A stretch of 56,319 nucleotides of DNA from a bacterium (GTDB lineage Bacteria > Methylomirabilota > Methylomirabilia > CAVQYV01), in contig JAZDMQ010000076.1 in NCBI GenBank assembly GCA_043800755.1, positions 1 through 56,319 of the forward strand, written 5' to 3'. Of the stretch, positions 38,655 to 47,359 are shown in pieces; the stretch's first letter is position 1; each line of letters opens with the position of its first letter. The translations under genes and the position numbers were made by a program. The notes below the pieces were generated by a model. That model saw only the letters and a list, made by a program, of their open reading frames with translations, did no database searches and had not been told where the DNA came from.

Positions 38655-39251
38655 TCAGATCTCCTCGATGATCACTTTCTCATTGGTGTAGACACAGAGG
38701 GAGGCAGCGATCTTCATCGCTTCCTCGGCAATGCCCCGGGCGTCCAAGTCGGAGTATCGCACCAGGGCACGGGCGGCGGCCATGGCGTAGGGACCACCCG
38801 AGCCAATGCCGATGATCCCATCGTCTGGCTCAATCACATCCCCAGTGCCCGAAATGATGTAGGAATAATCCTTATCCACCACCGCCAACAGGGCCTCCAA
38901 TCGTCGAAGTACCCGGTCCGTCCGCCAATCCTTGGCCAGCTCCACCGCCGCCCGAGGCACATTGCCGTTGTACTCCTCCAATTTCGTCTCGAATTTGGCG
39001 AAGAGGGCGAAGGCATCCGCCGCTGCCCCGGCAAAACCGACCAGGACTCTATCGTGGTATAGGCGGCGCACCTTCTTGGCAGTGGTCTTCATGATCGTCT
39101 CTCCGAAGGAGACCTGGCCGTCCCCGGCCAGGGCGACCCTTCCCTTGTGCCGCACCGAGAGGATGGTCGTGGAACGATGTACCGGTGAAGGGGCATGTGG
39201 TGTGGGGCCAAAACCCGTGGCCCTGCCTTTGATTCCGCTCAGCTCCCGCAT
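38655..39251 (-). CDS. hslV: HslV protease subunit with 27-aa N-terminal propeptide
   Basis: [39 protein letters not shown]; ATG preceded by AAGGAG. Confidence 0.97.
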   Translation of the reverse strand: MRELSGIKGRATGFGPTPHAPSPVHRSTTILSVRHKGRVALAGDGQVSFGETIMKTTAKKVRRLYHDRVLVGFAGAAADAFALFAKFETKLEEYNGNVPRAAVELAKDWRTDRVLRRLEALLAVVDKDYSYIISGTGDVIEPDDGIIGIGSGGPYAMAAARALVRYSDLDARGIAEEAMKIAASLCVYTNEKVIIEEI

Positions 39252-39325
39252 CTTCTGCTCCTTGAACCCCCGGGCGATCGAAGAAGGGCTTCATCAAGCC
39301 TTGCCCTAAAATCCAGAGCTCCCCC

Positions 39326-40261
39326 TCAGGCCTTGGGATGAGCCTTATCGTAGACCTCCATGATCTTGTCCATGCTCAAATGGGTATAGCGCTGGGTGGT
39401 GGAGAGGCGGGCATGGCCCAATAGCTCCTGAATTGCCCTCAGATCCGCCCCCGCGTCCAACAGATGGGTGGCAAAGCTATGCCTGAGGCCGTGAGGACTG
39501 ATGCGGTGCGCGATCCCACTTTTCCTCAAGTATTTTAACACAATCTGGGCCACCGATCTACCACTTAATCTGCCTCCCCAACGGTTCAAAAAAAGCGCAC
39601 GCTCCTCCTCCCCCTCCACCCTTTCCTGAGGCAGGAACTCACGCCGCCGTGACAGGTAGACCTGGAGGGAGAGCACCGCCTGGGAGCCAATGGGCACGAC
39701 CCGCTCTTTCCCCCCCTTGCCCAAAACGCGAATCAATCCTGCCTCCAGATCTAGATCATTCAGATCCATGCCCACCAGCTCACTGAGGCGAATTCCACCC
39801 CCATAAAACAGCTCTAAGATCGATCTGTCCCTGACCCCCTGGGCAGTGGGGGCATCGGCTGATTCCAGGAGGGCAATGGTCTCATCCACCGTCAGGAAGG
39901 CAGAGAGCCGCCGGGGCAGCTTGGGGCTGGCCACGCGCTGGGCCGGGTTGAAAGCAATTCTCCCTTGCCGCAGCAGGTATTGGAAGAAGCTGCGAAGGCA
40001 GGCCAATTTTCGAGCCACGCTCGCCTTGGCGATTCCCTTGGCAAAGAGGTCGCTCATGAAGGCCCGGATGAGGAAGGCATCGATTTCCTTCCAATCAATG
40101 GCCTCAGAGAGAAGGCTTCGCGTCACCTTGAGGTACTCCAAGAACTGCGAGAGGTCACCTTCATAACTGCGGATGGTATGAGGGGAGGCATTCCTTTCCA
40201 CCCAGAGAAAACGCAGGAAGGCATCCATATCCCGATTCTTTATTTCCCTCTCAGGAGACAT
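39326..40261 (-). CDS. xerC: Tyrosine recombinase XerC
   Basis: Catalytic R (GIRLSE), K (GKGGKER), HGLRH, LGHA, TQRY; housekeeping context. Start 40261 or 40228. Confidence 0.9.
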   Translation of the reverse strand: MSPEREIKNRDMDAFLRFLWVERNASPHTIRSYEGDLSQFLEYLKVTRSLLSEAIDWKEIDAFLIRAFMSDLFAKGIAKASVARKLACLRSFFQYLLRQGRIAFNPAQRVASPKLPRRLSAFLTVDETIALLESADAPTAQGVRDRSILELFYGGGIRLSELVGMDLNDLDLEAGLIRVLGKGGKERVVPIGSQAVLSLQVYLSRRREFLPQERVEGEEERALFLNRWGGRLSGRSVAQIVLKYLRKSGIAHRISPHGLRHSFATHLLDAGADLRAIQELLGHARLSTTQRYTHLSMDKIMEVYDKAHPKA

Positions 40262-41588
40262 AGCGGGCCTTCCATTGTTCGAGGGCCACCAAGGATCGCC
40301 AGGCATACCTCATCCGCCTCTCTTTGAAAGGGACCTTTCCCCCTGCGCCCAGGGGGGGAAAGAGGCCGAAATTCACATTCATCGGCTGGAAGTGATCGGG
40401 ATCGGCCTCCGTGATATAGCGGATCAACGACCCAAGGGCCGTATCCGGAGGAGGGGCTTCCAGGGCCTTGTCCTGGAGGAGGCGAGCGGCGTTGATTCCC
40501 GCCAACAGGCCCGTCGCCGCGGACTCCACATACCCTTCCACCCCGGTCACTTGGCCCGCGAGAAACAGGCCGCCCTTGCCCTTCCATTGCAGATTCTTGT
40601 CCAACAGGGTGGGTGAGTTAATGAAGGTGTTGCGGTGCATGCTGCCATAGCGGCAGAATTCCGCCCTTTCCAGGCCCGGGATCTTACGAAAGACCCTCTC
40701 CTGCTCGGCTTGCCTCATCCGAGTCTGGAAGCCCACCAGATTATACATGGTGCCTTCGCGATTCTCAAGGCGTAGCTGAATCGCTGCCCAGGGCCGTTTT
40801 CCGGTCGAGGGATCAATCAGACCGACCGGCTTCATGGGGCCAAACCGCAGGGTATCTTTGCCCCGCATCGCCAGCTCCTCTATGGGCAGACATCCCTCAA
40901 AAAAGTGGGTCTCAAAATCCTTGGCCTCGGCCGTCTCGGCCCTCATTAATTCCCCCCACAGCCAATCATACTCTTCCTGGCTCAACGGGGAGTTGAGGTA
41001 ATCCTCCCCGCCCCGCCCATACCGTGAGGCCCTGAAGACCCTGGACAAATCCAGAGACTCGGCCCAGACGATGGGGGAGATGGCGTCAAAGAAGGAAAGC
41101 AATCCCTTTTGGGAGGAGGCCGAGCCCGGGACTGTCTCCTCGATCAACGACGAAAGGGCCTGGGCCAGAGGCGCGGAGGTGAGAGGTCCGCTGGCGAGGA
41201 TCACCAATCCCTCTTGCGGGACGCTTTCCACCTCCTCCCGCACCACCTCGACGCGGGGGTGTCTTTCCAGGATGGCGGTAATGGAGGAGGAGAAGGCGTG
41301 GCGATCCACCGCCAAACAGGAACCGGCTGGCACGGCATGGTCTTCGGCCACCCTGATAACGAGGGACCCAAGCCGCCTCATCTCCTCTTTCAGCAACCCA
41401 CTGGCAGAATCCAGGGCATTGGATTTAAGGGAATTGCTGCAGACGAGCTCGGCCAGGAGTCCACTTCGGTGGGCCGGGGTCATGGAGCGAGGCCTCATCT
41501 CCCATAGGAGCACCTCGAATCCGGCCCTCGCCAACTGCCATGCCGCCTCTGATCCGGCCAATCCCCCCCCGACAATGCTGACCCTCAT
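40251..41588 (-). CDS. trmFO: Folate/FAD-dependent tRNA m5U54 methyltransferase
   Basis: GGGLAGSEAA, ELVCSNS, FEGCLP, GFQT, YGSMHRNT, GVEGYVES, PMNVNFG. Confidence 0.97.
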   Translation of the reverse strand: MRVSIVGGGLAGSEAAWQLARAGFEVLLWEMRPRSMTPAHRSGLLAELVCSNSLKSNALDSASGLLKEEMRRLGSLVIRVAEDHAVPAGSCLAVDRHAFSSSITAILERHPRVEVVREEVESVPQEGLVILASGPLTSAPLAQALSSLIEETVPGSASSQKGLLSFFDAISPIVWAESLDLSRVFRASRYGRGGEDYLNSPLSQEEYDWLWGELMRAETAEAKDFETHFFEGCLPIEELAMRGKDTLRFGPMKPVGLIDPSTGKRPWAAIQLRLENREGTMYNLVGFQTRMRQAEQERVFRKIPGLERAEFCRYGSMHRNTFINSPTLLDKNLQWKGKGGLFLAGQVTGVEGYVESAATGLLAGINAARLLQDKALEAPPPDTALGSLIRYITEADPDHFQPMNVNFGLFPPLGAGGKVPFKERRMRYAWRSLVALEQWKARYVS

Positions 41589-43786
41589 TCGTGAGGCCCC
41601 TCTTCCGTTCCCTCCAACCTTCCCTCCTCAGGGATAGGGGGGCTGGGCTTCTCCCAGGAGGCATAAGAGCAGTCGGGGTATTTGTTGCATCCATAGAAGA
41701 CCCTCCCCCGGCGGGTGCGCCTTTCCACCAAGAAGCCGTCGCATCCCTCCCGGCGACACCGGATGCCCAAGGTCAGGGGCCTGGTGTTCTTGCAGGAAGG
41801 AAAGCCCTGGCAGGCCAGGTATCTGCCAAATCGGCCCTCGCGAACCACCATCTCCTTGCCGCACTTCTCACAGACCTCCCCCGCTGCCTGCTGGACCGGG
41901 GGCTTATGCGGCCCCTGTTGGTCCTCCTTCAGCTTCAGGGTATTCTTGCAAGCGGGGTAACCGCTGCAGGCCAGAAATTTGCCATACCTCCCCCACCTGA
42001 TCACCATTGGCTTCCCACACCTCTCGCAGACCTCCGAGGTCTCCAGGGCGATCGTCTTGATGCTCTTCATCCCGGAGCCGGCCTGACTCAGGGTCTCCCG
42101 GAATCTCCCATAGAATTCCTGCAACAGCTCCTTCCCCCGAGCAGTCCCCTCTTCCACCTCGTCCAATTGCTTCTCCATCGCGGCGGTGAATTTCACATCC
42201 AGGATCTCGGGAAAATTCGGCACCAGCATATCCGTGACGATCATCCCCAGGTCGGTGGGCTTGAAATGGCCCTTCTCCTTGAAGACATAGTCCCGTTCCT
42301 GGATCGTGGAGAGGATGACCGCGTAAGTGCTGGGCCGACCGATCTCCCGCTCCTCCAACTCCTTGACCAGGGAGGCTTCGGTAAAACGCGGCGGGGGTTG
42401 GGTGAAGTGCTGCTCTGGCTCCAGGCCCTGAACCTGCAGCCTCTCCCCCGCGACCAAGGGGGGCAGGACCCCTTCTCTCTCCTCGTCCTCTTCTCCCCCC
42501 GGGGGGGAAGTGGCTTCATCCTTTCCCTCTGCATAGAGGATGGAAAAGCCCGGGAATTTCTTCACCGTGCCGACGACTCGGAATAGCGCCCTCCCGGCTT
42601 CGACCTCCGCAACGGTCACCTCCAAGATCTCTGGATTCATCTGGCTCGCCAGAAACCGGTTCCAAATAAGGGAGTAGAGGGCCAGCTGATCTTTGGTCAA
42701 GTGGGGCTTCAAGCTCTGCGGGTCATGAAATGCCGAGGTGGGACGGATCGCCTCGTGGGCCTCTTGGGACCGAGCGCGGTTCTGGTAAAAGTTGGGCTGG
42801 GCCGGGAGAAATTGAGGTCCATACCTGGCCTCGATCCATCTGCGGGCCTCCTGGATAGACTCCATGGAGACCCTGACGGAATCCGTCCTCATGTAACTGA
42901 TCAGGCCGACCGCCCCTTCCTCCCCAACCTCGATCCCCTCATACAATTGCTGCGCCGTAGCCATCGTCTTCTTGGCGGAGAAGCGCAGCTTACGGTTCGC
43001 CTCTTGCTGAAGCTTGCTGGTAGTGAAGGGCGGAACCGGATGGCGCCTTTTCTCTTTCTGGCTCACCCCTCTGACTTGAAAGGGCTTACCCTCCAACTCC
43101 GCGACGAGGGCCTGGGCCTCTTCTTCATTCCGGATCTCCGCTTTTTGCCCTCCGATCTTGGCGAGCTGCGCCTTGAAGGGAGGAGGAACGGCGGCAGAGA
43201 GCTGAGCGGCAATAGTCCAGTACTCAGCAGGGATGAAGGCCCGGATCTCCTTTTCCCGGTCGCAGATGAGACGAAGCGCCACCGACTGCACCCTCCCTGC
43301 CGAAAGCCCCGCCTTGACCTTCCGCCACAGCAGGGGACTGATCTTGTATCCCACCAAGCGATCCAATATCCTCCGGGCCTGCTGGGCATCTACCTTCTTC
43401 TCATCCAGCCGACCAGGAAGGTCCATGGCTGCTTTTACGGCGGAGCGGGTGATCTCGTGGAACAGGACACGCCAGATGCGATCCTGCAGCTCCTTCATTT
43501 CATCGGCCAGATGCCATCCGATCGCTTCCCCCTCCCGGTCAGGGTCGGTGGCGATGAAGATCTTCTCCGCCTTCTTCGCCGCCCCTTTGATCTCCCGCAG
43601 GGTCTTCTCCCGCCCCTTCACGATGATGTACTCGGCGTCGAAGCTGGATTCATCCACCCCCAGACGACCAGGGGGCAGATCCTTGAGGTGGCCCATGGAG
43701 GCCATCACCTTGAATTCCGGCCCCAGTATCTTTTGAATGGTCCTGGCCTTGGCCGGGGACTCCACCACGATCAAGTTAGGAGACAC
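41585..43786 (-). CDS. topA: DNA topoisomerase I
   Basis: IVVESPAK, DPDREGE, SAGRVQS, YMRTDS, EAHEAIRP, GRPSTY; three C4 zinc ribbons. Confidence 0.99.
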   Translation of the reverse strand: MSPNLIVVESPAKARTIQKILGPEFKVMASMGHLKDLPPGRLGVDESSFDAEYIIVKGREKTLREIKGAAKKAEKIFIATDPDREGEAIGWHLADEMKELQDRIWRVLFHEITRSAVKAAMDLPGRLDEKKVDAQQARRILDRLVGYKISPLLWRKVKAGLSAGRVQSVALRLICDREKEIRAFIPAEYWTIAAQLSAAVPPPFKAQLAKIGGQKAEIRNEEEAQALVAELEGKPFQVRGVSQKEKRRHPVPPFTTSKLQQEANRKLRFSAKKTMATAQQLYEGIEVGEEGAVGLISYMRTDSVRVSMESIQEARRWIEARYGPQFLPAQPNFYQNRARSQEAHEAIRPTSAFHDPQSLKPHLTKDQLALYSLIWNRFLASQMNPEILEVTVAEVEAGRALFRVVGTVKKFPGFSILYAEGKDEATSPPGGEEDEEREGVLPPLVAGERLQVQGLEPEQHFTQPPPRFTEASLVKELEEREIGRPSTYAVILSTIQERDYVFKEKGHFKPTDLGMIVTDMLVPNFPEILDVKFTAAMEKQLDEVEEGTARGKELLQEFYGRFRETLSQAGSGMKSIKTIALETSEVCERCGKPMVIRWGRYGKFLACSGYPACKNTLKLKEDQQGPHKPPVQQAAGEVCEKCGKEMVVREGRFGRYLACQGFPSCKNTRPLTLGIRCRREGCDGFLVERRTRRGRVFYGCNKYPDCSYASWEKPSPPIPEEGRLEGTEEGPHE

Positions 43787-43810
43787 GGTCGCTACTCCTC
43801 CAAAATCTTA

Positions 43811-44911
43811 TCAGGACGCCCTCTGAAATTGCTTTCCCCTCTCCTGGCGGCAATAGCCTTTGATCTCCAGGCTCAACAGCAGAGAAGCCACCCTTCCGGC
43901 GGGCAAGCCACTTTTCGCGATGAGTAAATCGATATGCAGCGGTTGATCGGACAGCATCTGATAGAGCAACTCCTCTTCCCCTTCCAGCGGAGGCCTGGAC
44001 CCCTCTCCTCTCCGGGCCCCTGGGCGAACAGGAAGTGGACACTGGAGCCTCAACTCCTCTAAGATATCCTCGGCGTCCTCCACCAGTTTCGCCCCCATCT
44101 GGATGAGTCGATGACATCCCCGGCTCCCCTGGAGATAGACCGAACCGGGAACGGCGAAGACCTCCCGGCCCTGCTCAACCGCGAAATTCGCCGTGATAAG
44201 GGCCCCGCTCCGCTCGTGCGCCTCCACCACTACTACCCCTCGGGAGATCCCACTGATGATCCGATTTCTCCGGGGAAAATTCCCCGGAACCGGGGCGGTT
44301 CCCAGGGGGAATTCGGAGAGGAGGGCCCCGGATTGGGGGATCCTCTCCGCCAGGTCCCGGTTCTGCGGCGGATAGAGGACATCGAGCCCCGATCCCCACA
44401 CGGCCAAGGTCCTCCCCGACGCCTTGAGGGCCCCGCGATGAACGGCGGTATCGATTCCCAAGGCCATTCCGCTCACGATCGTTAAGCCGCAGGACGCCAG
44501 ATCGTACGCCAGATCGCCCGCCACTCCCCTCCCATACTCCGTCGATCTCCTGGAGCCAACGATCGCCACCGCCACCTCGTCCTCCTCGATCAGCTCCCCC
44601 TGGAGATAGAGGACTGGCGGCCTGGAGGGAATTTGGGCCAAACTGGAGGGATAATGGACATCCTGGCCCGTCAGGATCCTGATCCCCAGGCTCCGGGCAA
44701 GTGCTTCCTCTCGCTCCATTGAAACCTCGGCAGGAAATCTGAGGATGGAGCACGCGATCTTTCCGCCAATCCCCGGGACGGATCGCAGCCCCGCTTCGTT
44801 CGCCGAGAGGACTCTCAGGGCAGAACCAAAATGTTCCACCAGCGCCTGAAAGCACAGTGGACCTACCCCTGGAACCATATTCAAGGCGATCCAGGCCTGC
44901 CGTTCGTCCAT
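43811..44911 (-). CDS. dprA: DNA processing protein DprA
   Basis: AIVGSR, SGMALGID, FPRRNRIISG, EAHERSGALITA, C-terminal winged helix. Confidence 0.97.
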   Translation of the reverse strand: MDERQAWIALNMVPGVGPLCFQALVEHFGSALRVLSANEAGLRSVPGIGGKIACSILRFPAEVSMEREEALARSLGIRILTGQDVHYPSSLAQIPSRPPVLYLQGELIEEDEVAVAIVGSRRSTEYGRGVAGDLAYDLASCGLTIVSGMALGIDTAVHRGALKASGRTLAVWGSGLDVLYPPQNRDLAERIPQSGALLSEFPLGTAPVPGNFPRRNRIISGISRGVVVVEAHERSGALITANFAVEQGREVFAVPGSVYLQGSRGCHRLIQMGAKLVEDAEDILEELRLQCPLPVRPGARRGEGSRPPLEGEEELLYQMLSDQPLHIDLLIAKSGLPAGRVASLLLSLEIKGYCRQERGKQFQRAS

Positions 44912-44920
44912 AGCTTCCGC

Positions 44921-44948
44921 ATTATACCCCAGCCCGAAGAGTAGTCAA
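44921..44948 (-). promoter_or_regulatory. Near-consensus sigma70 promoter of dprA
   Basis: TTGACT (44948-44943), N16, TATAAT (44926-44921); 9 nt before the ATG. Confidence 0.85.
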
Positions 44949-45025
44949 TAACCAATTCGGGCAGGATTCGAGCAGGAGGGGAAGTTCAATCCATGCCCCG
45001 CCAAGCGGCAGCGGATTCGACCGTC

Positions 45026-45070
45026 AAAAAGGAAGGAGGGGATGAAGTCCAACTTCATCCCCTCCTTCCT
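45026..45070 (-). terminator. Intrinsic terminator after the LysM gene
   Basis: Perfect 18-bp inverted repeat (AGGAAGGAGGGGATGAAG / CTTCATCCCCTCCTTCCT), 5-nt loop, T run. Confidence 0.85.
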
Positions 45071-45106
45071 GGGCAAGGGCCCGTATCCTTCAGCTCCGGA
45101 ACCCCA

Positions 45107-46258
45107 TCAAGGTATTCTCTTCTCCAGGGAGACCCGATCCCCCCGCTCTATTTCCCCGCTACTCTCCAAGATAAGGCCGGTGGAGGCCTGCTCAGTCGAC
45201 CGCAACACCACCAGCTCCCCCATCAGGGTAGAGGGGGGCTGGGCCCCGCGAGGAACTAATCCTCTGGGCATAACATCTGGTCGAGAGATGGAGAAGATAT
45301 CGCCCGGCTTAATCCCTTGCTTTGCTCCCAGGTCGATGTAGACGATATCACGGCCCCCCAGGGCCCCTTTCTCGTCGCGGGAGACCACAATGCATCCCTT
45401 CACCTTCGTGCTGGCCGGCTCAGGCTTCAGGTCGAAGGGAAACACAGGGGTCTGATAGGGGATCAAGCAGTCTCCCTTGGCGACTGAGGTGTAACTGTAA
45501 GCGATCTCCGCCTTGGAGGAGTTCTCCATGACCTCCTTAATCTCCAGCCGCCCGACATTCAGCACCAAGATCCCTAACCTTCCTCCCCGGAGAGGATGAT
45601 GGACCTTCCGTGTAGGCCGCAGGATGGAGAATTGATCCCCCACCTTCACCCCCTCCTTGGGTCCGATGTTAACAATCACCCAATCGCCGGCGGATAGCTC
45701 GTTGATGTCCTCTATGGGCTTCACGATCCTTCGCCGCTCCCGCAGGATGTCCTCCTTTCCGATAAAGCCGCAGTCGGCAACGATCTGGGGCGTTACCTGC
45801 GGTGCAGGCTGATAGGGGGGGAGCTCGAGCGCAGGGGGCTTGGCGATCTCTTGCGAGGCCTCCTCTCCCTGCTTGCTCTCTGGGGCAGCGGCGCCCTCCT
45901 GGGGGGCGGCCATACCCTCTTCCCTCGCCTCAGGGGCCGTCGCCAGGTCCCCTGCCTGGGTGGTGCCCGCAGGGGCCATCGTCCCCTCCTGCGCCGCCGG
46001 GGCTGCCCCTTGTCCGGGAAGGGTGATCGGGTCGCCAGGGTAAATCAGGTTAGGGTTCTTGATATACCTGTTCATCTCCCAGACTTTGGGCCAGAGTCGT
46101 GGATTTTGAAGGTAGGCGCCCGAGATGTGCCAAAGGGTATCCCCCTTGCGCACGGTATAGGTCCCTTTCTCCAGTTCCCCGGCTCCCAAGCTGGCAGCAC
46201 AGGTGATCATCAAGATCACCGACAGGCCCAAGAGAGACCGACCCTTTTTCCTCAACAT
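45107..46258 (-). CDS. LysM-domain periplasmic protein, TsaP-like (type IV pilus secretin-associated)
   Basis: Signal peptide, LysM (YTVRKGDTLWHIS..NPNLIYPGD), A/P/E/Q linker, FlgT-like beta regions; adjacent to dprA as tsaP often is. Confidence 0.75.
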   Translation of the reverse strand: MLRKKGRSLLGLSVILMITCAASLGAGELEKGTYTVRKGDTLWHISGAYLQNPRLWPKVWEMNRYIKNPNLIYPGDPITLPGQGAAPAAQEGTMAPAGTTQAGDLATAPEAREEGMAAPQEGAAAPESKQGEEASQEIAKPPALELPPYQPAPQVTPQIVADCGFIGKEDILRERRRIVKPIEDINELSAGDWVIVNIGPKEGVKVGDQFSILRPTRKVHHPLRGGRLGILVLNVGRLEIKEVMENSSKAEIAYSYTSVAKGDCLIPYQTPVFPFDLKPEPASTKVKGCIVVSRDEKGALGGRDIVYIDLGAKQGIKPGDIFSISRPDVMPRGLVPRGAQPPSTLMGELVVLRSTEQASTGLILESSGEIERGDRVSLEKRIP

Positions 46259-46313
46259 GGTCCATCTCCTTTTCTTAGGGATTTATTGGTCAGGGGCTGA
46301 GGCAACTCGTCAC

Positions 46314-47348
46314 TCATCCACCGGATCCGCCTTGGTCAACCCTCTCCGGTCCCGGCAGGGAGAGCCGCTGGATCTTCTCTTTCCACAAGGCGGCAAATCC
46401 GTATTCGAAGAGCTCACAGGCATCTTGCCACCTTTCCTTATCGTTGAGCAGGACGGCGATCAGCCGATGGCCACCTCGCGAGGCCGAGCCCACCAGACAC
46501 CTCCCGGCTTCCTCGGTGTAGCCCGTCTTGATGCCATCCGCCCCCAGACACGAACCCAATAGGCGGTTGGAGTTCCTACAGGTCTTCGGTCGATGGAGGC
46601 CTTGCAGCCAGATGGCAACCTCTCTGTTCTTAACACAATCGGCCAGAAAGGGCAAGGACATTGCATATTGGCTCAATCTCGCTATGTCCGAGGCGGTCGA
46701 ATAATGACGGGGATGATCGAGGCCGTGGCAATTGCAGAAGTGAGTGTCAAGAAGTCCCAGGGAGAGGGCCTTCCCGTTCATCTCCCTGACGAAATCTTCC
46801 TCGCGGCCGCACAGGTGCTCAGCGGCGGCCACTGCCGCATCGTTGGCCGATCTAACCAACATGGCGGAGAGCAGATCCCTCAACAAGACCCGCTGACCAG
46901 GCCTCAGTCCCAGGGAAACCCCTGGAGTGGCGGCCGCCCTTCTGCTCACCCTCACCCAATCCTCCAGGCGTCCCCTCTCGGCGACGATGACCGCAGTCAT
47001 CAGCTTGGTGAGGCTTGCTATGGGGCGCCTCGCGCGGGGATTTTTCTCCAGAATCACCCTTCCAGATCCTCCGTCAATGAGGAGTGCGGAGGAGGCGCTG
47101 ACCTCCGGAGGGACCAGTTCGGGGGCCCGATCCTCGGGATCGGGGATCACCCGTTCCACCTCTGCCCAAGGCAAGGCGATGATCCCCCCTCCCACCTCCA
47201 GCTCGATGAACTTCTCTCCTGATTGCTCCAACACCCTGGCCTGGAGCGCGCTCCCATTCTTGAAAAAGACCTGATCCCCCAGGGTCGGGGAGGCCCAAGC
47301 CAGGAGGGCAGTGAGAAGGATCGCGGAAAGGGTCGAGATAGCCCTCAA
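46314..47348 (-). CDS. D-alanyl-D-alanine carboxypeptidase (peptidase S11) with extra N-terminal domain
   Basis: Signal peptide; ASLTK (SxxK), SAN, HGL, KTG. Confidence 0.9.
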   Translation of the reverse strand: MRAISTLSAILLTALLAWASPTLGDQVFFKNGSALQARVLEQSGEKFIELEVGGGIIALPWAEVERVIPDPEDRAPELVPPEVSASSALLIDGGSGRVILEKNPRARRPIASLTKLMTAVIVAERGRLEDWVRVSRRAAATPGVSLGLRPGQRVLLRDLLSAMLVRSANDAAVAAAEHLCGREEDFVREMNGKALSLGLLDTHFCNCHGLDHPRHYSTASDIARLSQYAMSLPFLADCVKNREVAIWLQGLHRPKTCRNSNRLLGSCLGADGIKTGYTEEAGRCLVGSASRGGHRLIAVLLNDKERWQDACELFEYGFAALWKEKIQRLSLPGPERVDQGGSGG

Positions 47349-47359
47349 TGTGACCCTTT

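Noticed and set aside
39326-40261. Tyrosine recombinase as a phage or island integrase
   Set aside because: XerC size and motifs, housekeeping operon context, no att sites or cargo.
44981-45003. tRNA-like GTTCAATC...CCA and nearby tmRNA-like GGATTCGA strings
   Set aside because: T-stem does not pair, and no acceptor, D or anticodon arms can be built.
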